Shown here: one piece after another, positions 8,301 to 16,661 of the stretch
How positions within the stretch are numbered: the stretch's first letter is position 1
How the letters are laid out: every line of letters begins with the position of its first letter
Assembly: GCA_963666835.2 (NCBI GenBank)
Contig: CAXXGO010000001.1
Location: 1,024,001 to 1,088,000 of the forward strand
From: Phycisphaerae bacterium
GTDB lineage: Bacteria; Planctomycetota; Phycisphaerae; UBA1845
Direction of reading: 5' to 3'
DNA length: 64,000 bases
Program-made: the position numbers and the translations under genes
The notes under the pieces: generated by a model
Told to the model about the DNA's origin: nothing
Seen by the model: the letters and a program-made list of their open reading frames with translations, nothing else
Database searches by the model: none

Positions 8301-10206
8301 GTCCGGGGTTTACGTGTACGACAGCGAGCCGACCCTCTGGTACAACTGCGTCTACGGCAACGCCGAGTACGATTACGATGGCCTCTCGGACCCCACTGGG
8401 ACCGATGGCAACATCTCCGAAGACCCGTTGCTTGCCGATGCACAGTATGGCAACGTACATATCCAGCCGGACTCGCCTTGCGTGGATGCCGGAAGCAACA
8501 CGGATGTCTACGGTGATTCCGATCTCGATGGAGAGCCCCGCATCCATCCGGCGGACGGAATCGTGGATATCGGAGCGGACGAGTCGGATGGTAGCTTGTG
8601 GCCAGCGGGGCCATACGCCGTTGTACGGGTGAGTCCCCTGGGGGACGACATCAACGACGGCTCGTCCTGGGCCCTGGCCAAGTATACGGTCCAGGCGGCA
8701 GTCGACGCGGCATCGGTCCTGGGTGGCGAGGTGTGGGTGCGGTCCGGTTCCTACGAAGAGAACATCACCCTACACCCCTATGCCTACCTCTATGGAGGCT
8801 TCGCCGGCGACGAAGACGTTCGGGGCGAGCGGGACTGGGTTGCCAACGTTACGATTCTCGACGGTCGGCAGCAAGGGGCGGTGGTGACTGCGAATGCGGG
8901 CCACCATGCAAGCGCCATCGACGGCTTCACGATCACGGGAGGGAGCGCCAAGTACGGCGGCGGGCTGTCGCTGTTGCATTCCTCCCCCACGATTGCGAAC
9001 AACACGATCACGGTCAACAGTTCATCCGAAGACGGCGGCGGATTGTATCTCCGGTATTCCTTCCCGACGATCGCGAACAACACGATAACGGGCAACAGTG
9101 CCAAACACGACGGCGGTGGACTGTATCTGCAATATTCCTCCCCAACGATAGCAAACAACACAATAACGGGCAACACGACTGACGGAAGCTGCAACGGCGG
9201 CGGCGGACTGTATCTGCATTATTCGTCCCCGACGATCGCGAACAACACGATAACGGGCAACAGTGCCAAATACGACGGCGGCGGGCTGCGTCTGCATTAT
9301 TCTTCCCCGACGATCGCGAACAACACGATAACGGGCAACACGGCCAGTGACGACGGCGGCGGGCTGTTCATGTCGAGATCCTCCCCGACGATCGCGAACA
9401 ACACGATAACGGGCAACAGCGCAGCCGACTTCGGCGGTGGGCTGTATCTGTGGTATTCCGATGCAACGATCGCGAACAACACGATAACGGGCAACAGCGC
9501 AGCCGACTCCGGCGGTGGGCTGTGTCTGTCGTATTCCTCAAACCCGACGATCGCAAACACGATCATCGCATTCAACTCATCCGGAGTTTACCTGGACGAC
9601 GACACAAACGCGCCGACCCTCTGGTACGACTGCGTCCACGGCAACGCCGAATACGACTACGATGGCCTCCCGGACCCCACCGGGACCGACGGCAACATCT
9701 CGCAAGACCCGCTGTTCGTGCGAGATCCCGACGATGGTGGCGACGGCTGGGGTGATGATCCCGACACGCCGGCCATCGACGAAGGCGCCAACGACGACTA
9801 CGGCAACCTCCGCCACTTGCCTGGCTCGCCGTGCATTGACGCCGCTGACAACGATGCCGTCCCCGACGACACGCTCGACCTGGACGGTGATGGCGACGTG
9901 ACCGAATCGATCCCGTTCGACCTCGATGGCTACACCCGCTTCGTGGATGACCCGCGGACGGCGGACGCAGGGAACCCCGGCGGGCACGGACCGCCCGTTG
10001 TCGATATGGGTGCCTACGAGTTCCGCCCGGGGGACTGCGGCCATGACGGTGACGTGGACATGTCCGACTACGCAGAGTGGGAGAGCTGTCTCTCGGGCCC
10101 CGAGTACCAGACCCCGGCCGAGTGCGAGTGCTTCGACGTAAACGGCAACGATCACGTTGACCTCGCTGACTTTGCCGTGCTTCAGGTGAATCTCACGGGG
10201 CCGTGA
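5302..10206 (+). CDS. Giant secreted right-handed beta-helix repeat protein (four modules, choice-of-anchor-Q-like segments) with C-terminal dockerin-like domain
   Basis: GGAGG RBS and signal peptide; about 25 GGGLYL..SSPTIANNTITGN coils; SPCVDAG...VDIGADE motifs; GDC.HDGDVD...VDLADFA tail. Confidence 0.9.
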   Translation: MSRPGTSALIISLAILSSVSAQTVIHVDIDAPPDGDGTSWTTAYNSLSAALAAAEPGDQIWVAAGRYVGRIRLALEVQLYGGFAGTETELDQRDWTTHKTIIDGDKRGSVVTSPVGAGETTRIDGFTITGGGAFYGGGLLLESSSPTIANNTITGNSGWHGGGLYLSNSDATIANNTITENTALRDCYGGGGLYLYESSPVIANNTITGNSAADSGGGLLLESSSPTIANNTITGNGAWSGGGLYLRSSAPTITNTIIALNSSGVHLEDDENTPTLRYNCVYGNAAYDWYGLPNPTGTDGNISQDPLLADARYRNVHIQPDSPCVDAGSNPDAYGNLDLDGEPRIHPVDGIVDIGADESDGTLWPTGPYAVVRVSSLGDDINDGSSWAQAKCTVQAGVDAASVLGGEVWVQSGSYEENITLRPYAYLYGGFAGDEEVRDERDWAANVTILDGRQQDSVVAARAGYNVSAIEGFTITGGRANHGGGLHVYGSSPTIANNTIAGNTGGGLYLWYSDATIANNTITGNRGSHGGGLYLWHSVATIANNTIRGNSAADSGGGLLLESSSPTIANNTITGNNAYSGGGLHLEDSFPAIANTIIAFNSSGVYLDDTSAPTLWHNCVYGNPGYDYDGLSDPTGTGGNISQDPLLADARYGNVHIQPGSPCVDAGSNPDAYGDFDVDGEPRIHPVDGIVDIGADESDGTLWPTGPYTVVRVSPLGDDINDGSSWTLAKCTVQAAVDAASVLGGDVWVQSGSYEENITLQPYAYLYGGFAGNEEVRDERDWVANATILDGRQQGWVVTAEAGHHVSAIDGFTITGGGAMYSYGGGLRLVSSSPTIANNTITGNSAVFGGGLYLLSSSPTIANNTITGNNSSDEGGGLFLESSSPTIANNTITGNASRYRSGGGLYLLSSSPTIANNTITGNSAERGGGLYLRDSFPTIANNTITGNRSSGCGGGLYLWSSSPTTANNTITSNSAVNGGGLYLYNGSSPMIANTIIALNSSGVYVYDSEPTLWYNCVYGNAEYDYDGLSDPTGTDGNISEDPLLADAQYGNVHIQPDSPCVDAGSNTDVYGDSDLDGEPRIHPADGIVDIGADESDGSLWPAGPYAVVRVSPLGDDINDGSSWALAKYTVQAAVDAASVLGGEVWVRSGSYEENITLHPYAYLYGGFAGDEDVRGERDWVANVTILDGRQQGAVVTANAGHHASAIDGFTITGGSAKYGGGLSLLHSSPTIANNTITVNSSSEDGGGLYLRYSFPTIANNTITGNSAKHDGGGLYLQYSSPTIANNTITGNTTDGSCNGGGGLYLHYSSPTIANNTITGNSAKYDGGGLRLHYSSPTIANNTITGNTASDDGGGLFMSRSSPTIANNTITGNSAADFGGGLYLWYSDATIANNTITGNSAADSGGGLCLSYSSNPTIANTIIAFNSSGVYLDDDTNAPTLWYDCVHGNAEYDYDGLPDPTGTDGNISQDPLFVRDPDDGGDGWGDDPDTPAIDEGANDDYGNLRHLPGSPCIDAADNDAVPDDTLDLDGDGDVTESIPFDLDGYTRFVDDPRTADAGNPGGHGPPVVDMGAYEFRPGDCGHDGDVDMSDYAEWESCLSGPEYQTPAECECFDVNGNDHVDLADFAVLQVNLTGP

Positions 10207-10288
10207 AACGTTTGCGGTGTAGGCCGACGTTGAAAACGTCTTAAGTCAACATGCAGCGTGTATGCTGCTTGGACCGAAACAGCAGAAC

Positions 10289-10308
10289 GTAGGTCGGGCT
10301 TTGTCCAA
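10289..10308 (+). repeat. Degenerate GTAG-type REP copy
   Basis: gtaggtcgggctttgtccaa matches the GTAGGTCGGGCT-nn-GCCCGA family seen elsewhere in the window. Confidence 0.55.
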
Positions 10309-10517
10309 TGGTATTAACCTTGGCAGGCCGCCATGCGGGCAGCCGTCCCGAAGGAACGTAGGCATTCAGCCGCGGGTGGAGCGCCTCGTTGTTCTACACA
10401 TCTTTGCTGGGCGAGCGAAGCGTATCCGTCCGACTCCGCGGTGGCCCAATCCTCAGTCTGAGAGGCCGCAAGGCGCGGCTTCCTTTTCAGCGAAAGGCGT
10501 CAAGCCGGCTCGGTGTT

Positions 10518-10815
10518 CAGGCTGAAAGCCTACAAGACAATAGCCGGGGGCAAGGCCGCGCAGCGGCCGCCGCCCCCGGGTGGGGTCCCAGCAATCCCAA
10601 TCACCCTGACAGGGTGAAAGAGACGGCGGCGACGAACCGCGAGTTTGGTTCGGCTGCCCGGCTTCTTTGAGAATGCGTCAAAAGTCAATGGCGAAGCACA
10701 TTTACCGGGGCTGTTTGACCCCTACCAGGGTCAGGTGGGTTTGGGGGACCGGGTCCGGGGGCGGCGGCCGCTGCGCGGCCTTGCCCCCGGCTACTTCATC
10801 TGAGCCCTTCGGGCT
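10518..10815. repeat. Inverted pair of REP-like palindromic elements (REPIN/MITE-like)
   Basis: Perfect 39-bp inverted repeat, 10541-10579 vs 10755-10793, each copy flanked by small hairpins (aggctgaaagcct, caccctgacagggtg, agcccttcgggct). Confidence 0.8.
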
Positions 10816-11023
10816 GGAGGACGCAGCGCCGTTGGCGTACTCGGACGGGACGCAGTCCCGCACATCAGAGAGAACTCTCTTGTGTCTTCTGCCAAGGTTA
10901 GTGCCATTGGGCTGAGCCCAACCTACTTGACTGCAAAGGCGGACGAACCCCGAAACGCGTTGGGCTTGGGTCTCATCTTCGCGCGAGGCGCAAGATGCCG
11001 CAAGGGAGCGGGCGGTTGCCAAG

Positions 11024-14000
11024 TCATGTCTGCACCGTGCCAATACCGTGGCCCGGGCGATTCGCATAGATCAGCCAGTAGGCAATCGGGATAACGAAGA
11101 GCGTAAACACCGTTGATGCGAACAGCCCGAAGATCAGCGACCAGGCCAGCCCGGAGAAAATAGGGTCTATTGCGATCGGCACCGCGGACAGCATCGCCGT
11201 TGCTGCGGTTAGGAGAATAGGGCGAAGCCGTACGACCCGGCTCTCCATGATGGCGTCGAAGAGCGATCTTCCGCGCCTTAGGGACAGATGGATGAAATCC
11301 ACCAGGATGATCGAGTCCCGCGTTACGATTCCGGATAGCGCAATCATGCCGATCATGCCTGTAGCAGTGAAGAAGATCGGATCGGCGTAGGAACCAACCG
11401 TGTCGCCGGCCAGGGCATTCAACAGCCAGAAGCCCGGCATGATCCCCAATATGTTCAACGGAATCGCGAGCATCACCACAATTGGGATCACGAACGACCG
11501 GGTCTGTCCGACCAGGAGAATATAGATTCCCACCAGAGCCGCCGCGAATGCCAAGCCCAGATCTCGAAAGACATCCAGCGTGATCTTCCACTCGCCCTCA
11601 CCGGCGAAGTCGATCTCAATCCCGTCGGGAACATGCCACGCTATGCCGCTCCCGTTACTGAAAAACGTACGGCCGGCCGTCGGCTTTGGGTTATTCGTGC
11701 TGACCCATCCGTTGCCCAGCGCCGACGCGCGAGCCGGCATGCCGGCCGCGTCGACTACGCGATCGGCTTGGACATCGACCACGGCGTCAGCCGGCGGGCG
11801 CCCGGCCGTCTCGGCGAACACGTACGCAACCCGGCGCAGGTTCTTATGGTAGATAGTCTTGTCCAACCGCGCCTCTTCCCATCGTCCGAGCTCTGCCAAA
11901 GGCACGAGGTTACCGCCGCGCCCCTTCACCCGGACCTGGCCGAGATCGGCGACACTGGAGCGAATCGCCCGGGGCAACCGCAACTCGATAAGCAGAGGGT
12001 TCCGCTCAGTCGGCACATGGATGGCTCCGGCTGGCATACCTTCCAAGCAGATCTGAAGCGTGCCGACGATCTCCGCGACGGTGACGCCATTGAGCGCCGC
12101 CTTTTCTTTGTCCGTGCGGAAGATCAGTTTGGTTTCCGCGGTTTCGACAGAGTCATCAACATCCACAACGCCGGGCTCGGCTTCGAGCCGGACGCGCAAC
12201 ACGTTGGCAGCTTCGACAAGCGTATCGTAGGAATGATCCGGCCGGCCGTAGATTTCGCCGACGACGGTCGCAATCACCGGCGGCCCGGGCGGGATCTCCA
12301 CGATTTTGAGGATCGCCCGGTGCCGTTGGGCGATCTGCGTCAGATCGTCGCGGACCCGGAGCCCGATGGCGTGGCTCTGGCTGCTGCGGCTTTTCTTCCC
12401 GACCAAGTTGGCTCGAATTTCCGCGACGTTTTCTCCGCGGCGCAGGTAGTAGTGCCGTACCATACCGTTGAAGTCCATCGGAGAGGAGAGGCCGACGTAA
12501 GACGTGAAGTCGGTGACCTCCAACACGCCGCGTAAGTACTCCTCCATCTCACGAACGCACGCGTCCGTTCGCTCAAGCGTCGTCCCTTCGTCGAGATCGA
12601 GCACGAACAGCAATTCGTTCTTGTTATCGAAAGGCAGCATTTTCAAAGGCACGTGGCGGGTGGCCGCAAGCCCCCCCGCCAGCACGGTCAGACCGCCCAT
12701 GATCCCCAGGAACACCCACGCCTTCACCCGAGAATGCAGGAGGGGGGCCATCAGCGGGTAGAAGAACCGATAGAGCATCGATTCCTTCACTTTGCTGATG
12801 TCATGGGCATCGGTGACCAGGTCGGGAAGGGCCTCGCCGGATGAGTACTTCCGCTTGAGTACGTGATACGTGAGCCAGGGAGAGATCGTAAAGGCCACCA
12901 CCATCGACATGAGCATGGCCACCGGAACATTCAGCGCCATTGGTCGCATATACGGCCCCATCATGCCCGTGATGAAGAACATCGGCAGAAACGACACGAT
13001 AACGGCCAACGTTGCGGTAATCAGTGGCGGGCGGATCTCCGCTACGGCCTCGAGGACGATGTTCCGCGATGCTCGACGGTGCAACCCGAAGTGGCGCGAG
13101 ATATTCTCGACGTCCACGATCGGGTCGTCCACGAGCAGGCCAAGAGACAGAATGAGCGCAAACAACGTCACCCGGTTGATTGTGAAGCCGAAAAGCAGGT
13201 TAACCGTCAGGGTCAAGCCGAATACAACCGGGATGGCCACAACGACAATCAGTGCTTCGCGCCACCCCAGCCCGAATGTGAGCAGGGCAATCACGATGAA
13301 GATGGCCACCCCCAAAGCCTCGACCAGCTCGTTTACCTTGTGGTCGGCCGTGAGCCCGTAGTTGCGGGTGATGACCATTTCGATGTCGTCCGGCACAACC
13401 TCCCGCTGGAGCAACTCCGCCTGCGAGAGAATCTCTTCGGCGACTTTGACGGCGTTTGTGCCCTTCTTCTTGGCGAGCGCGATTGTGACCGCGGGGGCGC
13501 TTGTATCATCGGTTTCAACGGCAGCGTTCTCGCCGTCTACGAGCGTGCCGGTGAAAGACTTGCGATCCTCGAAACCTCGCGCCGGTCCCCAACCGTGCCT
13601 AACGTAGTCCGCTACCTCCTGCGCGCCATCGACAAGGCGAGCTACGTCTTTGAGAAACACGGGTCTATCACCCCGAACGCCGACGACAAGGTCTCGTAGC
13701 TCGTCCGGATGGGCGAACGCCGTGCCACCCTCGACACGTAGCGAGGTGTCTTCGCGGGCAAAGCTACCGACAATGGCCGTTACATTGGCGGCTTCCAGCG
13801 CCTGCTTGACCTCCAGCGGTGAGACGCGATAGCCCTCCATTCGGTGGGGATCAAGGTAGACATGAACCACACGCGGCCGGCCGCCGACAACGTACGCCCG
13901 CGAGAGATTTTCAACAGCGGAAAGACGTTGCACCAGTTCCTCAGCTACCCGGCGCAGAACGTGTCCATTCGATGCGGCACTGCGGAGCGTGAGCGTGACG

Positions 14001-14461
14001 ATCGGTACATCGTCGATCTCCACCGGTTTAATCACCCAGCCGGCCACTCCGGGCGGCACGATGTCGACGTGTTCATCAATGCGCTTGTAGAGCTTCACCA
14101 GGCTGCGTTCGCGATCTTCCCCTACGAAGTAGCGAACCGTGATAATGGCCGACCCTTCGCGCGACATCGAATAGACGTATTCAACGCCGTCGATTTGGTA
14201 GAGCAGCTTCTCCAGCGGAGTGGTGACAAGTTGCTCGACCTGCTCGGCCGAGTGACCGGGGAAGTCCACGTACACGTCGGCCATGGGCACCACGATCTGG
14301 GGATCCTCCTCGCGCGGCGTAACCGCCAGCGCAGTCAATCCCAAGGCCGCACCCAGGAGAATGAGAATAAGCGAGAGGTTGGATTCCAGGAAAGCTCGGA
14401 CGATAGCGTTCGTGAATCCGTGCTTGGAGTCGACAACGGGCGGAGCCGGTTCAGAAGTCAT
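11024..14461 (-). CDS. RND efflux transporter permease (AcrB/CusA family)
   Basis: 1145 aa; PREEDPQI, LGLLVDD.IV.VENI.RH, RLRPILLTA. Confidence 0.95.
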   Translation of the reverse strand: MTSEPAPPVVDSKHGFTNAIVRAFLESNLSLILILLGAALGLTALAVTPREEDPQIVVPMADVYVDFPGHSAEQVEQLVTTPLEKLLYQIDGVEYVYSMSREGSAIITVRYFVGEDRERSLVKLYKRIDEHVDIVPPGVAGWVIKPVEIDDVPIVTLTLRSAASNGHVLRRVAEELVQRLSAVENLSRAYVVGGRPRVVHVYLDPHRMEGYRVSPLEVKQALEAANVTAIVGSFAREDTSLRVEGGTAFAHPDELRDLVVGVRGDRPVFLKDVARLVDGAQEVADYVRHGWGPARGFEDRKSFTGTLVDGENAAVETDDTSAPAVTIALAKKKGTNAVKVAEEILSQAELLQREVVPDDIEMVITRNYGLTADHKVNELVEALGVAIFIVIALLTFGLGWREALIVVVAIPVVFGLTLTVNLLFGFTINRVTLFALILSLGLLVDDPIVDVENISRHFGLHRRASRNIVLEAVAEIRPPLITATLAVIVSFLPMFFITGMMGPYMRPMALNVPVAMLMSMVVAFTISPWLTYHVLKRKYSSGEALPDLVTDAHDISKVKESMLYRFFYPLMAPLLHSRVKAWVFLGIMGGLTVLAGGLAATRHVPLKMLPFDNKNELLFVLDLDEGTTLERTDACVREMEEYLRGVLEVTDFTSYVGLSSPMDFNGMVRHYYLRRGENVAEIRANLVGKKSRSSQSHAIGLRVRDDLTQIAQRHRAILKIVEIPPGPPVIATVVGEIYGRPDHSYDTLVEAANVLRVRLEAEPGVVDVDDSVETAETKLIFRTDKEKAALNGVTVAEIVGTLQICLEGMPAGAIHVPTERNPLLIELRLPRAIRSSVADLGQVRVKGRGGNLVPLAELGRWEEARLDKTIYHKNLRRVAYVFAETAGRPPADAVVDVQADRVVDAAGMPARASALGNGWVSTNNPKPTAGRTFFSNGSGIAWHVPDGIEIDFAGEGEWKITLDVFRDLGLAFAAALVGIYILLVGQTRSFVIPIVVMLAIPLNILGIMPGFWLLNALAGDTVGSYADPIFFTATGMIGMIALSGIVTRDSIILVDFIHLSLRRGRSLFDAIMESRVVRLRPILLTAATAMLSAVPIAIDPIFSGLAWSLIFGLFASTVFTLFVIPIAYWLIYANRPGHGIGTVQT

Positions 14462-15582
14462 TACTTGGGTCCCTCCTCCGTCTGCCGCAAGACGACCTGC
14501 TCGCCCTCACGCAGGCCTGACAGGACCTCCACGTCTTCGCCAAAGGACCGACCGAGCTTGACCGCACGGCGCCGCAGCCGATCGGCTTCCACGACCTTAA
14601 CGAGCTCGAGCTGCCCGACCTGCTCTACGGCCGACCCTGGGATCACGAGAACGGACTCGTCATCGAGGGGTATCAGCAATCTTCCAAACATGCCCGTATA
14701 AACGCCCGGAGGGCACGGGCCGGTTACCTTTACGAGGAAGGTCCTGCTGGCCGCTTCGGCTTCAGGAACGATCTCGCTTACGAGCCCCTCGCACGTGTGT
14801 TCGATCGTTTCGATCCTGGCGCCGATCATCTGCCCGACCTGCAACCTTCGTGTGAGCGACTCGCGAACGCTTGCGACGAGCTGCATGCGTGTCGGGTCGT
14901 ATAGCGTCAACAGGATCTGACCGGGGGTCGCGGTATCGCCGACCTCAACGCGTTTGTCTATAACCACACCATCGATGGGAGCCTTAATCGTCGCGTAGCC
15001 CAGTACGGTCTCGGCCTCCTTGACCGCTTGCTCGGCACGTTGCAGTTCAGCCTCGGCGGTCTTGAGCGCACTTTGCACCCGATCCCATTCGATCTTCGAG
15101 GCCGCCGACTGCTCCATGAGTTGCTTGATACGGTCGTGCTCGATCTTGGCCTGATCGCGGGCGGAGCGGGCGGCGCCGGCGCTGGATTCGGCCTGCCGGA
15201 CCCGAGCGCCGAGATCTTCGTCGTCCAACCGGATTAGGACGTCCCCCTTGTGGACTTGCTGGCCTGCCGTGATGTTGACCTCCACGATCTTCGCGAGCAA
15301 CTTCGCCGCGACCGCAGCCTCATGGACGGCCCGGACGGTCCCTACCGCCTGTTCGACCCGGGGAACCCGGATCAAACGGGCCTGAGTCGTCTCCACCCCG
15401 GCAGCCGAATCAGGCGGAGGGCCAGACGTTGCCTGGTAGTCAGAAGGCGATCGGTCGATCTTGCGGTGGAAGCCGCCGGCCAGCCAGACCATCAGCAGCA
15501 CGACCACCACCAAGAAGGCCAGTGCCGTGAGTACGCTGCGAACCGCCTTGATCGATACGAATGCACGTGTTCTGCGCGCCAT
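14461..15582 (-). CDS. RND periplasmic adaptor (MFP)
   Basis: N-terminal TM, lipoyl halves (G..V.KGD.L / I.APIDGVV), coiled hairpin, GMFGR, VEVLSGL..GE. Confidence 0.95.
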   Translation of the reverse strand: MARRTRAFVSIKAVRSVLTALAFLVVVVLLMVWLAGGFHRKIDRSPSDYQATSGPPPDSAAGVETTQARLIRVPRVEQAVGTVRAVHEAAVAAKLLAKIVEVNITAGQQVHKGDVLIRLDDEDLGARVRQAESSAGAARSARDQAKIEHDRIKQLMEQSAASKIEWDRVQSALKTAEAELQRAEQAVKEAETVLGYATIKAPIDGVVIDKRVEVGDTATPGQILLTLYDPTRMQLVASVRESLTRRLQVGQMIGARIETIEHTCEGLVSEIVPEAEAASRTFLVKVTGPCPPGVYTGMFGRLLIPLDDESVLVIPGSAVEQVGQLELVKVVEADRLRRRAVKLGRSFGEDVEVLSGLREGEQVVLRQTEEGPK

Positions 15583-16211
15583 CAGATCTACTCCTCCAGA
15601 GCACCAGGACAGAGAATCGACTTCGGAGGCGGATCCTCCCCGGCAAGACCTCGCCTGCGTCCTGGCCCATTATCCGCCTGTAGGTCGTTGCGCCGACCCC
15701 TTGGCAGTTTTTGCCTCGATGCGGCGGATTAATCCGAGATTCCGCCGGATTCGCGAGAGGGTTGCCAAGAAGATGCGATCCCGGTTCCGCAAACGGCGGG
15801 CGTTTGGACTCTCGTTGCAGGGCCGCGAGCGTCTCCGGCGAAGGGCGAGATTGTCCAAGGTGGGCTCCGTTCGGTTTCGAACAAGCGTGCGGACAAGCTG
15901 TGCCGGAACGCGAGACTGGTGCATCTTACATCACTGTAAGAATGACGATGGTAGCCATGAGATTCGCCGGAGCTTAGAATGCGTCAAGTTGTAAGTTCTT
16001 TGTTGATAAAGAGTACGGAAGTGGGTTCGTGCGTTTGAGGCGCTCGACCGCCTCGGGCCGCACCGAGTCGGAGGGAGGCGTAATCTGCCTCCGCCGCGAG
16101 CAGCTTCCTTCGGATATCGTCGCCGCGATTCCGGTGGGGCTGTTGCGAGATGGGGCCGTCGAAGCACGTGTTCTTCTGCGGGCGGGCTGGGCGGTTTCGG
16201 AGTTATCTGTC

Positions 16212-16661
16212 TTGAATTCAAAACCGATCGTCGGTCGGCGCGAGTATGTGGCGTTCCCGGAGTGGGGTATTAAGGGTGTCGAGGCGAAGATCGACACGGG
16301 AGCTCGCACGAGCGCAATTCACGTGGACAACGTCAAGCGACTTCCGAAGGATCGCGTTCAGTTTGATGTAGTCCTGAGCCGCCGGAAGCCGGACAGGCGC
16401 GTTCACGTAGAGGCTGACTTAGTCCGTTTCACGCGCGTGCGATCCAGTACGGGGCACCGGCAGGAGCGATTCGTGGTGGCGACAAAGATACGAATCGGAG
16501 ATATCAAACGCAGAATCGAGCTGAGCCTCGTATCCAGGAAGCAGATGCTCTGCAGGATGTTGCTGGGCAGGACGGCCGTAACCGGCCTTCTGATCGATGT
16601 CGACGTAAAACACCTCCATGGTGTGCCGAAGCGTCAGGGCCCGAAAGGACGTGCCAAATGA
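16212..16661 (+). CDS. RimK-associated retropepsin-like protease (Zn_protease / Pseudomonas RimB-like)
   Basis: VGRRE.V.FPE.G...AKIDTGARTSA.H...R.M...MLLGR; TTG start after GGAG; stop overlaps the rimK start. Confidence 0.88.
   Translation: MNSKPIVGRREYVAFPEWGIKGVEAKIDTGARTSAIHVDNVKRLPKDRVQFDVVLSRRKPDRRVHVEADLVRFTRVRSSTGHRQERFVVATKIRIGDIKRRIELSLVSRKQMLCRMLLGRTAVTGLLIDVDVKHLHGVPKRQGPKGRAK

Noticed and set aside
5700..9560. CRISPR-like periodic repeats (acgatcgcgaacaacacgat about every 70 bp)
   Set aside because: They are in-frame coding repeats of the beta-helix protein; no cas genes
5302..10206. Diversity-generating retroelement TR/VR
   Set aside because: No reverse transcriptase; differences between repeats are not adenine-specific and all copies are coding
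15670..15924. Small ORF upstream of the MFP gene (possible regulator or DUF2892)
   Set aside because: Arg-rich, no motif, no clear RBS
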